This document shows, piece by piece, positions 12,421 through 22,713 of a stretch of DNA of 64,000 bases. The notes beneath the pieces are model-generated. The model saw only the letters and a list, made by a program, of their open reading frames with translations, ran no database searches and was not told the origin of the DNA. A program made the position numbers and the translations under genes. Position 1 is the stretch's first letter. Each line of letters opens with the position of its first letter. This stretch comes from a virus (taxonomy: Duplodnaviria; Heunggongvirae; Uroviricota; Caudoviricetes). The stretch lies in IMG/VR virus record IMGVR_UViG_2579778842_000003; one strand, given 5' to 3'.

Positions 12421-13089
12421 TTATAGATAATTTCCTTTTCCAGTTAACTCCCCTTTAGGCACCCGTTTTTGTGCCAGTGTTTGGGTTCCGCGAATTATGT
12501 TAATCAGAGGGCTTAGTAACGATGATTCCTGGCGGGCATCAACTTCTCCTGCCATTGCCCTAATGTAGTCGGCGCTTGCAACGTTGTTATATTCCGTTGC
12601 GAAGCAGCATAACAACGTCAGAACGTGCTCTGTCGTTATTTCGCTCCAGTTGATGTTGAAAAATTCATCGCCTTTTTTGTCATGTTCGGAATCGAAGATG
12701 CTTTGGTGAAGGATGTATTTGCCGGATTCCTTGCGCGGTAACTTGATCGCTTTCTGGCGTTCCAATTCCTTGTAAATCTGCATCGCTTCAATCAGTACCG
12801 GTCTGCCGTTCATGAAGGGATCACGCAACCTTACACGCTGGCCAACTCGACCGGTAATAAAGCTGTTTTCCTCTTCCACCAGCACGATAAAACCCTTTTC
12901 CTCTTTTTCTCGCAATTCGCGCAGCAGCTGGAGTTCCATATCGCGGCGGCGTTCAGGGTAGCTGGTCCGCTCAGCCATTATCAGCTCATTGTTGATCCAT
13001 GCGGCAGTCATTGACGCCGGTTTGCCGACGCTCATCGAAACAACGCATATTTTCTTATCCATAGCGCCCCTACAAAAAAGAAAAGCCAC
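12421..13089 (-). CDS. hypothetical protein (P1 Mat-like by position)
   Basis: 222-aa ORF between ref and the SIR2-like gene; alternative start at MDKK (13062). Positional assignment only. Confidence 0.5.
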   Translation of the reverse strand: MAFLFCRGAMDKKICVVSMSVGKPASMTAAWINNELIMAERTSYPERRRDMELQLLRELREKEEKGFIVLVEEENSFITGRVGQRVRLRDPFMNGRPVLIEAMQIYKELERQKAIKLPRKESGKYILHQSIFDSEHDKKGDEFFNINWSEITTEHVLTLLCCFATEYNNVASADYIRAMAGEVDARQESSLLSPLINIIRGTQTLAQKRVPKGELTGKGNYL

Positions 13090-13250
13090 CAGCGGCGGCT
13101 TAGCAATACAACTGAAGGTAGCGCCCGGTACTCAGACTGTGCCGTCCATGGAATATTTGAAAAGGGATCCATCCGTACCGGGCGTGTGATGATTCTGACT
13201 GAAGTCACTTGTCAGTTGTCAATCATTTATCATTAAAAATAATATATTTA

Positions 13251-13811
13251 TTAGTGCATAATGTTTGTCATCTCATAGGCGTCAGCCAGTAACTCCATCT
13301 CTGACTTGTTCAGCAGGGTGAATTCTTTCTTGCCTCCAACCACACCATCGGCATGAACAGGGACCAGCCAGGGGTATTTTGCTCTTACTTCAGTCGGTGC
13401 TGCATGCTGGTGGTGCCATCTACAAAGTGGCAATTGCTTTTTATGACAACCCGGCGCAGTACGACCGGCGATATGGTGCAGAGACACCTCATTAGATATT
13501 ACTCCATGCATATAGCAGGCAATGCAGGGGAGAGTGCCAAGAGCATTGGCGATGCGCCGTTCCTCCGCCGTTGGTGTTCTCCCCTTCAAGCCACGAGATT
13601 TTATTTTTACCGCGCTTTTCCGCGTTTTGCTGGCTGGTGGGCGCTCTTTCTGTTTAGCGATACGGCGGTCGATAGTATCCCGCATTTTCTGATATTGAGA
13701 TTCTCGCCAGACCGGATCAGCCAACTTCTCCCGTTGCCGAGCGATCGCTCGTTCTCTGGCTGCCTTCTGCCACTTGCGGCACTGTTCAATTTTTTGTTCG
13801 ATTGTTTTCAT
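13251..13811 (-). CDS. ref: Ref recombination enhancement function, HNH-type endonuclease
   Basis: 186 aa; basic N-terminus, Cys/His-rich HNH-like core (CIACYMHG...HHIAG...CHKKQLPLCRWHH); C1 operator-like site just upstream. Confidence 0.85.
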   Translation of the reverse strand: MKTIEQKIEQCRKWQKAARERAIARQREKLADPVWRESQYQKMRDTIDRRIAKQKERPPASKTRKSAVKIKSRGLKGRTPTAEERRIANALGTLPCIACYMHGVISNEVSLHHIAGRTAPGCHKKQLPLCRWHHQHAAPTEVRAKYPWLVPVHADGVVGGKKEFTLLNKSEMELLADAYEMTNIMH

Positions 13812-13908
13812 ATGGTCAAAAAAAGGCGGCCTAATGGCCGCCTATGATGTCAAGGAGTGAAGTAATGGCAACGTCTTCGTAGTTGACAAAAACTGCGACT
13901 CAATTATA

Positions 13909-13925
13909 GCAACCAATTAGAGCAA
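13909..13925 (-). promoter_or_regulatory. C1 operator-like site upstream of ref
   Basis: - strand reads ATTGCTCTAATTGGTTG (11/17 contiguous match to ATTGCTCTAATAAATTT). Confidence 0.45.
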
Positions 13926-14057
13926 TTAAAGTTGTTTATTTATCGCGAATCACATTTTTTCACTTCAGTACCTGTGTGCTATACTCCTTCTTGATTGATT
14001 GGATGCGGAATACAAACCCGCTCTTTTGTGCAGCCTGACTCCTTGCCAGGCTTTTTT

Positions 14058-14369
14058 TTATTTCATCATGGAAGCTGTTAACGCTTTGGACCTTGCTGAA
14101 CTGATTGAGAGGGCTTTGTCAACGTGCCCCAAAAATTCGCCAAACTCAGACATCACTTTAGCAAAACCGCGCCGTGCTTCTTCCTCGGTGGCATTCATCA
14201 CGAAATGTTCAGCACCACGCATACTTTTGACAGGGAACGCAACGGATATTGAATCAATATCAGGCATTCTATCGCTCAGCTTTACAGTGACAATGACGGC
14301 TGGCGACTGAATATTAGTGCTTACAGACAGCACTACATATTTTCCGTCGATGTTGAAATCCTTTCTCAT
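14058..14369 (-). CDS. hypothetical small protein downstream of cre (cra-region ORF; strand uncertain)
   Basis: 103-aa ORF preceded by a C1 operator-like site; an overlapping 103-aa ORF exists on the + strand, so strand choice is tentative. Confidence 0.3.
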   Translation of the reverse strand: MRKDFNIDGKYVVLSVSTNIQSPAVIVTVKLSDRMPDIDSISVAFPVKSMRGAEHFVMNATEEEARRGFAKVMSEFGEFLGHVDKALSISSARSKALTASMMK

Positions 14370-14384
14370 ATGTCACCATAAATA

Positions 14385-14401
14385 TCAAAGAATTAGAGCA
14401 A
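14385..14401 (-). promoter_or_regulatory. C1 operator-like site
   Basis: - strand reads ATTGCTCTAATTCTTTG, between the cre 3' end and the small ORF start. Confidence 0.4.
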
Positions 14402-14419
14402 TCATTTACGCGTTAATGG

Positions 14420-15451
14420 CTAATCGCCATCTTCCAGCAGGCGCACCATTGCCCCTGTTTCACTATCCAGGTTACGGATATAGTTCATGACAATATTTAC
14501 GTTGGTCCAGCCACCAGCTTGCATGATCTCCGGTATTGAAACTCCGGCACGGGCCATATCTCGCGCGGCTCCGACACGGGCACTGTGTCCAGACCAGGCC
14601 AGGTACCTCTGGCCAGAGTCATCCTTAGCCCCGTAAATCAATCGGTGAGTTGCTTCAAAAATCCCTTCCAGGGCGCGAGTTGATAGCTGGCTGGTGGGTG
14701 ATGGCGAGGCAACACCATTTTTTCTGACCCGGCAAAACAAGTAGTTATTCGGATCATCAGCCACACCAGAGACAGAAATCCATCGCTCGACCAGTTTAGT
14801 TACCCCCAGGCTAAGTGCCTTCTCTACACCCGCGGTACTAACCAGCGTTTTCGTTCTGCCAATATGGATTAACATTCTCCCACCGTCTGTACGTGAGATA
14901 TCTTTAACCCTGATCCTGGCAATTTCGGCTATACGTAACAGGGTGTTATAAGCGATCCCCAGAAATGCCAGATTACGTATGTCCTGGCAGCGATCGCTAT
15001 TTTCCATGAGTGAACGAACCTGGTCGAAATCAGTGCGTTCGAACGCCAATGCCTGTTTTGCACGTTCACCGGCATCAACGTTTTCTTTTCGAATCCGCCG
15101 CATGACCAGTGAAACAGCATTGCTGTCACTTGGTCGTGGCAGCCCGGACCGACGATGAAGCATGTTTAGCTGGCCCAAATGTTGCTGGATAGTTTTTACT
15201 GCCAGACCGCGCGCCTGAAGATATAGAAGATAATCGCGAACATCTTCAGGTTTTGCGGGAAACCATTTCCGGTTATTCAACTTGCACCATGCCGCCCATG
15301 ACCGGCAAACGGACAGAAGCATTTTCCAGGTATGCTCAGAAAACGCCTGGCGATCCCTGAACATGTCCATCAGGTTCTTGCGAACCTCATCACTCGTTGC
15401 ATCGACCGGCAATGCAGGCAAATTTTGGTGTACGGTCAGTAAATTGGACAT
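14420..15451 (-). CDS. cre: Cre tyrosine site-specific recombinase
   Basis: 343 aa, MSNLLTVHQNLPALPVDATSDEVRKNLMDMFRDRQAF... through ...MVRLLEDGD; near-identical to P1 Cre as recalled; loxP lies about 420 bp upstream. Confidence 0.97.
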   Translation of the reverse strand: MSNLLTVHQNLPALPVDATSDEVRKNLMDMFRDRQAFSEHTWKMLLSVCRSWAAWCKLNNRKWFPAKPEDVRDYLLYLQARGLAVKTIQQHLGQLNMLHRRSGLPRPSDSNAVSLVMRRIRKENVDAGERAKQALAFERTDFDQVRSLMENSDRCQDIRNLAFLGIAYNTLLRIAEIARIRVKDISRTDGGRMLIHIGRTKTLVSTAGVEKALSLGVTKLVERWISVSGVADDPNNYLFCRVRKNGVASPSPTSQLSTRALEGIFEATHRLIYGAKDDSGQRYLAWSGHSARVGAARDMARAGVSIPEIMQAGGWTNVNIVMNYIRNLDSETGAMVRLLEDGD

Positions 15452-15869
15452 TTGACACTCAGATAATGGTTTTAAGTAAAGTGTACAGGATCGGCTCTGC
15501 CTTTACCTGTTTATGGTTCTCGTCATAGAAACGCCAGCGACCGCGCGTGCGTTCTATTTTCTCTTCACCGCGCGATAATGACAGTTGACAACTATCACGA
15601 TCAAACCCTTTTGCCCGCCAGTAACCACGGTTTTTCTCAAGCTCAATATGAGTGGACACTTTAGCAGCTGAATATCCCATTTTTCACCTCTGATTGATTG
15701 GTGGTGCTAAGTGCGCTACGCGAAATCTAGAGCACAAACACTGCCAACATTTCGCAGATTTTACGTAGCGCAACCTTGATCAAATGATCAAGTGATCACT
15801 ATTTGACCTGATAAGGTATTGAACTGTATGGATTTACAGGTAAATTGATCATGTTCAATAACCCCTAAT

Positions 15870-15903
15870 ATAACTTCGTATAATGTATGCTATACGAAGT
15901 TAT
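15870..15903 (+). other. loxP: loxP recombination site (13-bp inverted repeats + 8-bp spacer)
   Basis: Exact ATAACTTCGTATA-ATGTATGC-TATACGAAGTTAT. Confidence 0.97.
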
Positions 15904-15946
15904 TAGGTCTGAAGAGGAGTTTACGTCCAGCTGCGCATAAAAATCA

Positions 15947-15963
15947 ATAATTATTAGAGCAAT
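15947..15963 (-). promoter_or_regulatory. C1 operator (Op99-type region)
   Basis: - strand reads ATTGCTCTAATAATTAT; forms an inverted pair with the operator at 16030-16046. Confidence 0.6.
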
Positions 15964-16029
15964 AAATTTTGAGAGAAAAATCCCACTCCACCAGCCAAAA
16001 ACTGGATTGTTTTTCATAGTTGTTTGACA

Positions 16030-16046
16030 ATTGCTCTAATAAATTA
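16030..16046 (+). promoter_or_regulatory. C1 operator overlapping a promoter (TTGACA at 16024-16029, TATAGT at 16045-16050) directed toward coi-c1
   Basis: ATTGCTCTAATAAATTA on the + strand immediately after a TTGACA -35 hexamer; classic P1 operator-promoter overlap. Confidence 0.65.
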
Positions 16047-16284
16047 TAGTTTTGCCGCCGTTTCGTAATACGACTTTGGATTCACTATTTAATGTGTCTT
16101 CAGCGTTGTAGAGCGGCTCAGAAGGAAATGAGCAAACAGGGAAACCTTATACAACGGCATTACAGCTATGCATTGCTCATCTTACACACAGCGCAATGTT
16201 GTTAGATTACCCCAGCATGGATCATGGGTGAAACAGTAGGTCAGAGCTTCAGGCTCTGTGTTGTCAATACAGTGAGGCATAATT

Positions 16285-16494
16285 ATGGCTTTCATTCCAC
16301 CAACCATCGACGACGTTAGACATTGCTCTAACGCTTTATCTGTAGACCCCGCCGAAACCGACGCTGCCCGCGCCATTGCTGAACACTACTCAAAGATATC
16401 CAATCAGGAGTACCGCATCACCCAAGACGACCTGGATGATCTCACTGACACAATCGAATATCTCATGACCACTAACCAGCCAGACTCACAATAA
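16285..16494 (+). CDS. coi: Coi, C1 inactivator
   Basis: 69-aa ORF immediately upstream of c1 on the same strand; size and position match P1 coi. Confidence 0.75.
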   Translation: MAFIPPTIDDVRHCSNALSVDPAETDAARAIAEHYSKISNQEYRITQDDLDDLTDTIEYLMTTNQPDSQ

Positions 16495-16604
16495 ATGCAC
16501 TAATAAATCTATTATTTTCGTTGGATCCTTCTATAATGGTGGCCAACAACTCCCAGCGTAATCCGCTGTGAGTTGTTGGCCATGTCAATTCTGGAGGAGG
16601 ATCA

Positions 16605-17456
16605 ATGATAAATTATGTCTACGGCGAACAACTGTACCAGGAGTTCGTCAGTTTCAGGGATCTCTTTCTAAAAAAAGCTGTTGCACGCGCCCAACACGTT
16701 GATGCCGCCAGCGACGGTCGTCCTGTTCGCCCGGTTGTCGTTCTGCCGTTCAAAGAAACGGACAGCATTCAAGCTGAAATTGATAAATGGACTTTAATGG
16801 CGCGGGAACTGGAACAGTACCCAGACCTCAATATCCCAAAGACTATTTTATATCCAGTGCCTAACATCCTTCGCGGTGTGCGTAAGGTTACAACTTATCA
16901 GACAGAAGCTGTGAACAGCGTCAACATGACCGCTGGCCGCATTATTCATCTGATTGATAAGGACATTCGCATCCAGAAAAGCGCGGGGATCAATGAGCAC
17001 AGTGCGAAATACATAGAGAACCTGGAAGCAACAAAAGAGCTAATGAAGCAGTACCCGGAGGATGAAAAATTCCGTATGCGTGTACACGGCTTTAGCGAAA
17101 CAATGCTGCGCGTCCATTACATTTCCAGTAGCCCTAACTACAATGATGGTAAATCAGTTAGTTACCATGTGCCGCTGTGTGGTGTGTTTATCTGCGATGA
17201 AACTCTCCGTGATGGAATCATCATCAACGGTGAATTCGAGAAAGCAAAATTTAGCCTTTATGACTCTATAGAACCGATCATCTGCGACCGCTGGCCGCAG
17301 GCAAAAATATATCGCCTGGCAGATATTGAAAATGTAAAAAAACAAATTGCCATCACTCGCGAAGAGAAAAAGGTCAAATCAGCCGCATCAGTTACGCGCA
17401 GCCGTAAAACTAAGAAGGGGCAGCCAGTAAACGACAACCCCGAAAGCGCGCAATAG
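16605..17456 (+). CDS. c1: C1 repressor of lytic functions
   Basis: 283-aa ORF (size of P1 C1), downstream of coi and the Op99-type operators; its cognate operators are scattered through the window. Confidence 0.9.
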   Translation: MINYVYGEQLYQEFVSFRDLFLKKAVARAQHVDAASDGRPVRPVVVLPFKETDSIQAEIDKWTLMARELEQYPDLNIPKTILYPVPNILRGVRKVTTYQTEAVNSVNMTAGRIIHLIDKDIRIQKSAGINEHSAKYIENLEATKELMKQYPEDEKFRMRVHGFSETMLRVHYISSSPNYNDGKSVSYHVPLCGVFICDETLRDGIIINGEFEKAKFSLYDSIEPIICDRWPQAKIYRLADIENVKKQIAITREEKKVKSAASVTRSRKTKKGQPVNDNPESAQ

Positions 17457-17480
17457 TTTCTATCCGGCATGGTCAATGAG

Positions 17481-18965
17481 TTATTCATTAAGCCATGCCA
17501 GAGCTTCATCAACCTGCGCTTCGTCTTCGACGCTAAGCACTTCATCCTGGGGAACATAATCCGCCAGCATAGCGAAACAATATGTATCCCAATGGTCTGG
17601 TGAGTGCAGGTTGAGTTTTTTCTTCATATCCTCCTTACTCATCACCTTCCATTGACCTGCGGAGTTAATCCCTACAGGGATTTTCGACGCTTCCTCAATA
17701 GTTTCATTACCCTTATCCAGTCTCATACGACCAGATTTTACGGCCTCTGCGGCTTGAACGTTGGCATAAGCACGTTTATCAAAGTACAGGCTCTTATCTT
17801 CACGGCTATGCATCTTTTTACCCCAGCGTATACGCTGTACGGTAATACCATAATACTCGTACATCAGATCCGCCGTTGCTTTACCCAGGCCATCGCCGTC
17901 TATCGCTATGGTGATATTTGGGAATCGCTCAGGATTACATTCTGCGAAAATTTTGGCGGCAAGCTGCGTTTCTGTAACGTCTGTGTATTCCAGCATTCGA
18001 TAGTTGATTACACGGCGTTTATTTCGCTGGCCGGACACCATCATGATATTGATAACGGACTTATCCCGTCCCGTACCACCAGCAACGTCCACACATGCAA
18101 GCCAGCCCCATCCTTTTGCAATCTTGACTTTCCGCCTCGTTGCACGTTCAACCTCATCACGTCCAAGAAGGAAGCCATCCTGTGATTTAGGGAATAGGCC
18201 GCGTACCTTAATCATGTACATAGGGTTATCACGCCCGCCGTACTCCGCCAGCTTCATTTTGATAAATGCTGGCGTTACCAGCGGTGATTCCTCACTGTTA
18301 AGCGTGATCGCCGTATAAACGCCATCAGGGTTACCAGGACGCTTGGCCAGTTTATGGTGAGTATCGTAGAAATAGCCGCTTGGGCGTGTAGGCTGTGACA
18401 GTAATAAGATGCGGTTATCCTGTCCGGTAAGAGCACCGGTGATGATACCGAAAGCTCTATCACTGACACCGGAGGCTTCATCGATAATATACAGAAGATG
18501 ATCTGCGTGTTCACCGGCGAGAGCTTCTTCACTTCCCAGACGAAAGCCCTTCGGTACTACAGTCCATACACCTTTACCAGTAACCTCATAGAAAGCGGTT
18601 TCTGTCAGAACAAAATAATCAGCAAGCCATGGAAAACGGCTGGTGGCAGTAGCCCAGTTTATCTTGATGTACTTGAAAATACCGGTCATTACCTGCTGAA
18701 TTTTGTTCGCAACGATAATGGCGCGGGCACCGGGATACATGATTATGAACAACATGATCATGATAGAAGTCATGTCTGATTTCCCGGTACCGTGACCAGA
18801 CGAAACAGATGTCTTGCTACCCTGTTCCTGCACAGACTCAATAATCAGATCCTGCTGCCAGGTAGGTGTTTTGCCGAACAAAACATCAGCGGCCGCAATC
18901 CAGTCATAACGATATAGCGCCACCAGCTCGCGCCAACGTGGATCCGTTACGCAACTTCTGGCCAT
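17481..18965 (-). CDS. pacB: PacB terminase (pacase) large subunit
   Basis: 494-aa ORF directly downstream of pacA, overlapping stop/start; size and order as in P1. Confidence 0.8.
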   Translation of the reverse strand: MARSCVTDPRWRELVALYRYDWIAAADVLFGKTPTWQQDLIIESVQEQGSKTSVSSGHGTGKSDMTSIMIMLFIIMYPGARAIIVANKIQQVMTGIFKYIKINWATATSRFPWLADYFVLTETAFYEVTGKGVWTVVPKGFRLGSEEALAGEHADHLLYIIDEASGVSDRAFGIITGALTGQDNRILLLSQPTRPSGYFYDTHHKLAKRPGNPDGVYTAITLNSEESPLVTPAFIKMKLAEYGGRDNPMYMIKVRGLFPKSQDGFLLGRDEVERATRRKVKIAKGWGWLACVDVAGGTGRDKSVINIMMVSGQRNKRRVINYRMLEYTDVTETQLAAKIFAECNPERFPNITIAIDGDGLGKATADLMYEYYGITVQRIRWGKKMHSREDKSLYFDKRAYANVQAAEAVKSGRMRLDKGNETIEEASKIPVGINSAGQWKVMSKEDMKKKLNLHSPDHWDTYCFAMLADYVPQDEVLSVEDEAQVDEALAWLNE

Positions 18966-20158
18966 TAATCATCATCCCCGTATAGCTTGCGGGTAACTTC
19001 TTCGTCTTCCTCCTCGTCTTCGTCCAGGTCTTGTTCCAGCCATGGGTCGTTTGATACACCTTCAGTATCAACATCTCCATAACCGCCTGTATCAACGATA
19101 TCGGCGATTTCTTCCCTACGCTGCTCAATCCACAATGCGGCATCGGCGCGGCGGTTGGCGGCCCGTTCTCGCGCAACTTTATCCAGATCTTCAAGAGAAG
19201 GGCCACCGACGGCTGTTTGCCTTTCCTCATCATCGGTATTGGTCTTAGGAGCACGCAGATCGGCTTTGATTTGCTCCAGCATCAGGGGCGGAACTTTCCC
19301 ACCATGCGCCTCGATGAATTCAGCTGCTTCCAGCACTGACCAGTTATTTTCACGCTTTCGTTCGTATGCCAGCTTAACAATGCCAGCTTGCCCCATAGAC
19401 AAAGCGTGCTTTTCCGCCTCCCGGCTTTCTTTTCGATAGTTATTCCGGATGCTGTAAATGGTGTTGATCAGGCTGCTTATCTGCGCGGAACAGCTGTTTA
19501 GCATGCTCGCGATACGGTATTCAGGCGGAGTACCTTCATCATCGTCTTTTTGCTGATCGCGCATTTCCTGCACCAGGCGAATACACGTATCCCTGGCGTT
19601 CTCCAGCATAAGGAGATGAGAAAGAGACTTTTCAAGAAGAGTGGTTTCCAGAACATCGGCCCCGGACCGACGCAACATAGCGCGCGCGGCCTTCCGCGCT
19701 TCAACGTTATCTATCAGGTAATCGCCAGCTTCGAATTCAAAGCGTTCACCATCATCATCCAGGGTGTCGCGTTCCAGGCGATCACGTAAGGTCCGGTGGG
19801 CGCGGGTGATCACGTCATGATCATCTGAACGATCATTTATGCGCTTATTTTGGCGCTTCGCATTCTCGACTGCGGCACTGATAACGGCATTAACTCTCTG
19901 TTTTTCCGCTATTTCAGCCGCAATATGATCACCTGCATGTTGATCATTAGAGTGATCAATGATCATGCTTTTTAGTGGCTTCCTGACTGGCTTATTTGGC
20001 TTGCGGCTGTCCGCAGTCCTGGAGTCTTCTTTGAAGGCACGGAGATAACGACGTGCGGTATTAGGGTTAAGATTAAACTCGGCGGCATACTGTGCGATGG
20101 TGTAACCACCATCTCGCGCCAGGCGAGCAAAATTCTTCTTGTGATCGTCCCAGGTCAC
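18965..20158 (-). CDS. pacA: PacA terminase (pacase) subunit; contains the pac site
   Basis: 397-aa ORF; helix-turn-helix-like N-terminus; the GATC-hexamer pac site lies in its 5' part. Confidence 0.8.
   Translation of the reverse strand: MTWDDHKKNFARLARDGGYTIAQYAAEFNLNPNTARRYLRAFKEDSRTADSRKPNKPVRKPLKSMIIDHSNDQHAGDHIAAEIAEKQRVNAVISAAVENAKRQNKRINDRSDDHDVITRAHRTLRDRLERDTLDDDGERFEFEAGDYLIDNVEARKAARAMLRRSGADVLETTLLEKSLSHLLMLENARDTCIRLVQEMRDQQKDDDEGTPPEYRIASMLNSCSAQISSLINTIYSIRNNYRKESREAEKHALSMGQAGIVKLAYERKRENNWSVLEAAEFIEAHGGKVPPLMLEQIKADLRAPKTNTDDEERQTAVGGPSLEDLDKVARERAANRRADAALWIEQRREEIADIVDTGGYGDVDTEGVSNDPWLEQDLDEDEEEDEEVTRKLYGDDD
19779..19965. other. pac: pac packaging site: two clusters of (T/C)GATCA hexamers (Dam sites)
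   Basis: GATC at 19780, 19808, 19819, 19831 and at 19927, 19942, 19954, 19961; four hexamers on each side of a ~90-bp core, inside pacA. Confidence 0.7.
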
Positions 20159-20243
20159 TTATGCTTCCTTTCGTAAAAACTCTTTTTGACGCGAGGGTAA
20201 CGAAAGTCACATGTCAAAAGGCCCGGAACGGGCAAGCAATCAA

Positions 20244-20696
20244 TCAGATACGTGCGGATGTGGCATTACCGTAATGACGGTGCTGACGGGCCACCTTATT
20301 GAAAAGTTGACGCGCCATTACCCAAGGCTGGTGCTCCCGGCGTTCCTTTTCGTCCTGCGTCATATAGAGTTCGTTCTGGAGTTTTTCATCAAACCGGCGC
20401 GGAGCGCGGCTACGGCGAAAGAATTCAGGATTCAGAGAGTGGATCTGAAATCTACGTGGGCGTGTACTGTCATCAATCAAAACAGACGAATACTTAGACA
20501 CAGCGATAGCCTTTAAGCGCAGATAAACATCGCGCTTATCGACATCCAGATGCGGGTATTCCTTTTCAAGAATTGCTGCGAGTTCTTTCGCTGATAGAAG
20601 AGATTTAGTGCGGATCATGTAATCCGCAATCTCGTACGATGTTATTCGTGAGTGATTTATTTCCATGAAGTGGCGTCCCTGCCAGTTAAGTAACAT
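20244..20696 (-). CDS. lpa: Lpa-like late promoter activator (gene 10 position)
   Basis: 150-aa ORF immediately upstream of pacA with a C1 operator-like site upstream; alternative start at MEINHS (20666). Positional assignment. Confidence 0.55.
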   Translation of the reverse strand: MLLNWQGRHFMEINHSRITSYEIADYMIRTKSLLSAKELAAILEKEYPHLDVDKRDVYLRLKAIAVSKYSSVLIDDSTRPRRFQIHSLNPEFFRRSRAPRRFDEKLQNELYMTQDEKERREHQPWVMARQLFNKVARQHRHYGNATSARI

Positions 20697-20766
20697 CCTG
20701 TCACCTACTGATTAGCCCATGTCAACTAATCAACGTGGAATATAATACCCTCGATTAAAGAAATAG

Positions 20767-20783
20767 CAATACATTAGAGCAAT
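20767..20783 (-). promoter_or_regulatory. C1 operator-like site upstream of lpa
   Basis: - strand reads ATTGCTCTAATGTATTG. Confidence 0.5.
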
Positions 20784-20784
20784 T

Positions 20785-21828
20785 TTATATAACGCTCGAC
20801 GAGTGACTTGTGATAGCGCCGACTCCAAGCGCGTAATCAAAGAACAATCGTTGATGCATCGCCAGCCTACCGTGCGTCTTCTCCCAATTATCGCGGTCAC
20901 GCTCAATATCACGCTGGCATGACTGGCACAGAGGAATTGCGTAAATGTCATGCGCGCATAATCGACTATGACGAACGATATAAGGCGTAATGTGAGCGCC
21001 AGCTCCCGCCGCTCCACACCCACAGCATGGACGGGAAGCAACAAAGTCCATGTACTCAGGTAATTTTAGCGATTGCAGTTTTGGTATTTTGAAATGCGCC
21101 ATGCCAGGGTCGGAGTCAACATCCACAGGGCATACTTTTGCACGCATCGGCGCGGCGCGTTCTTCCATCATCTGAACATATGCTGTAGCGCGATCGTCAT
21201 ACGGGCGAATATCCGCCTCTTTCAGAGGTCCGCTATCCTGCGTTGCGGCTTTCATCTTATTTATTGATATACGGCAAACTTCTTCCGGCATCAGGTGCAT
21301 CATGTTGCGCATGAAAGCCCACCAGCACAGTTCCTGAATACTTAGATCATGGCCATCTGAAAGCCCCATTTCCTGACGGGCGACATCCAGTATCCAGTTA
21401 ACGCGATTATTATGCAGCGTTTCTTTCAGCTCATTAAAACCACGCATCCGGTAATGGTTATCGTGATGCCAGCACAACAACACCGCGCTATTGTCTCGTT
21501 CTGCGTGGACAATATGGTTGTCACACCAGCTACGATCTGCGGCCTGGCATTGCCCCTCTTTCCTGCGCAACCACGCCACCAGCGCGTCAATTCCACCAAT
21601 ACGGCGAAACAGTTCATCGCTGTTAAAAAACGGCTGCAACGCCTCATTTGTTGCCATGGTTTGCTCGGTAACAACGAGGCCGTCTTCCATGTGCTCGATT
21701 AACTCGCGCGGCACCGGCTCCATAATAAATTTACGGCCAGCCTCCACCAGCTTTCTGACCTCCTGATCCACTTTGAACGTGGCGAGGCCAAGCTCTTTCT
21801 GTACAAAGGGAGTAATTACGGCTTTCAC
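20785..21828 (-). CDS. hypothetical Cys/His-rich protein (post-doc region, PdcB-like by position)
   Basis: 347-aa ORF; C-terminal CCGCG...H...C..C..C cluster suggests a metal-binding or HNH-like module. Confidence 0.5.
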   Translation of the reverse strand: MKAVITPFVQKELGLATFKVDQEVRKLVEAGRKFIMEPVPRELIEHMEDGLVVTEQTMATNEALQPFFNSDELFRRIGGIDALVAWLRRKEGQCQAADRSWCDNHIVHAERDNSAVLLCWHHDNHYRMRGFNELKETLHNNRVNWILDVARQEMGLSDGHDLSIQELCWWAFMRNMMHLMPEEVCRISINKMKAATQDSGPLKEADIRPYDDRATAYVQMMEERAAPMRAKVCPVDVDSDPGMAHFKIPKLQSLKLPEYMDFVASRPCCGCGAAGAGAHITPYIVRHSRLCAHDIYAIPLCQSCQRDIERDRDNWEKTHGRLAMHQRLFFDYALGVGAITSHSSSVI

Positions 21829-21855
21829 ATCACACCTTTCATCACTGATTGGGCT

Positions 21856-22035
21856 TTATCTGCTGCCCGGCATTCTCTGTTTAAGCGCAACCATTTCCTG
21901 ACGGCATAACACAGCAATAGCGGTCCTGACTCCAATTTGCTTACCAACCAGGTATTGCTTTACCTTGCGGCGACTCACGCCATCAAGAAGCATCTTTAAC
22001 GCTTCACGGGACAATTTGTTGTATTTGCGTGCCAT
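21856..22035 (-). CDS. small basic protein downstream of doc (PdcA-like by position)
   Basis: ORF 21856..22056 trimmed to the internal Met (MARKYNKL) to avoid overlap with doc. Confidence 0.35.
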   Translation of the reverse strand: MARKYNKLSREALKMLLDGVSRRKVKQYLVGKQIGVRTAIAVLCRQEMVALKQRMPGSR

Positions 22036-22039
22036 TAAT

Positions 22040-22420
22040 CTACTCCGCAGAACCATACAATCTACGTAACGTGTCGGCGACAGAAGATACAGATATCTCT
22101 CCGGTCGCAGCCCCTACGGTAAGGTCTGCCAGTTCAGGTGAATCAAATACCTGCACCCCGTTACGGCGTAGAAATAACAGCGCACTGTTTAGCGCGGTAC
22201 GCTTATTGGCATCATTGAATATATGCCCTCTCGCTGTAGCCACCAGGTAGGTGGCGGAGACTTCGAAAAGGTCGGTGATCTCTTCGTAGGCAACTCTGGC
22301 CTGAACTCTCCCGATAATGGCCTCTGCCCTACCAGGATCTGACATTCCCGGCAGGCCGCCGTAGCGGTTTATATTCGCATCATGAAGCGCAATAAGTTCT
22401 TCCGGTGATATATGCCTCAT
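22040..22420 (-). CDS. doc: Doc toxin (Fic-fold kinase) of the Phd-Doc addiction module
   Basis: 126 aa, [25 protein letters not shown]...; matches P1 Doc as recalled; start overlaps the phd stop by 1 nt. Confidence 0.93.
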   Translation of the reverse strand: MRHISPEELIALHDANINRYGGLPGMSDPGRAEAIIGRVQARVAYEEITDLFEVSATYLVATARGHIFNDANKRTALNSALLFLRRNGVQVFDSPELADLTVGAATGEISVSSVADTLRRLYGSAE

Positions 22421-22641
22421 TATCGGTTAACCAGTTCCTTGTTGGTGGAGTCCAGGGTGTCAAACAGGGATGCAAATTCAGCATCCAGCGCCGCTTTTTT
22501 GTAGGCTTCGAAAGTAGCCTTGCTGACAATTACTGCTGGCTCACGGCCTCTGCGGGTGATTTCAACCTCTTCCCCGGCTTCAACATTGTTGAGCACTTCA
22601 GAAAGGTTGCCGCGCGCGGTACGGAAGTTAATGGATTGCAT
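22420..22641 (-). CDS. phd: Phd antitoxin
   Basis: 73 aa from [32 protein letters not shown]...; start set at the third codon of the listed ORF. Confidence 0.93.
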   Translation of the reverse strand: MQSINFRTARGNLSEVLNNVEAGEEVEITRRGREPAVIVSKATFEAYKKAALDAEFASLFDTLDSTNKELVNR

Positions 22642-22713
22642 AAACACCTCGTGTACTCGTTATGTGTACACAATTATAAACTTCACAGGCATAAAGCACC
22701 AGCACTTTGCAGC

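Noticed and set aside
13353-13847. 164-aa + strand ORF antisense to ref.
   Set aside because: It overlaps the well-supported ref gene on the opposite strand and has Ser/Cys-rich low-complexity composition.
13999-14310. 103-aa + strand ORF in the cre-ref interval.
   Set aside because: Its composition is less protein-like than the overlapping - strand ORF, which also has an operator-bearing upstream region; neither is strongly supported.
14420-15451. Cre as the integrase of an integrated prophage with flanking att sites.
   Set aside because: The context is a plasmid-prophage: loxP lies next to cre, a full RepA/ParAB replicon is present, and no att-like direct repeats or host genes are seen.
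17604-18779. + strand ORFs of 93-193 aa antisense to pacB.
   Set aside because: Embedded in the pacB coding region with no independent support.
20159-20243. Late-promoter-like element upstream of pacA (TTGACATGTGACTTT on the - strand).
   Set aside because: It matches only part of the AACAAGTGACT element and has no well-placed -10 hexamer.
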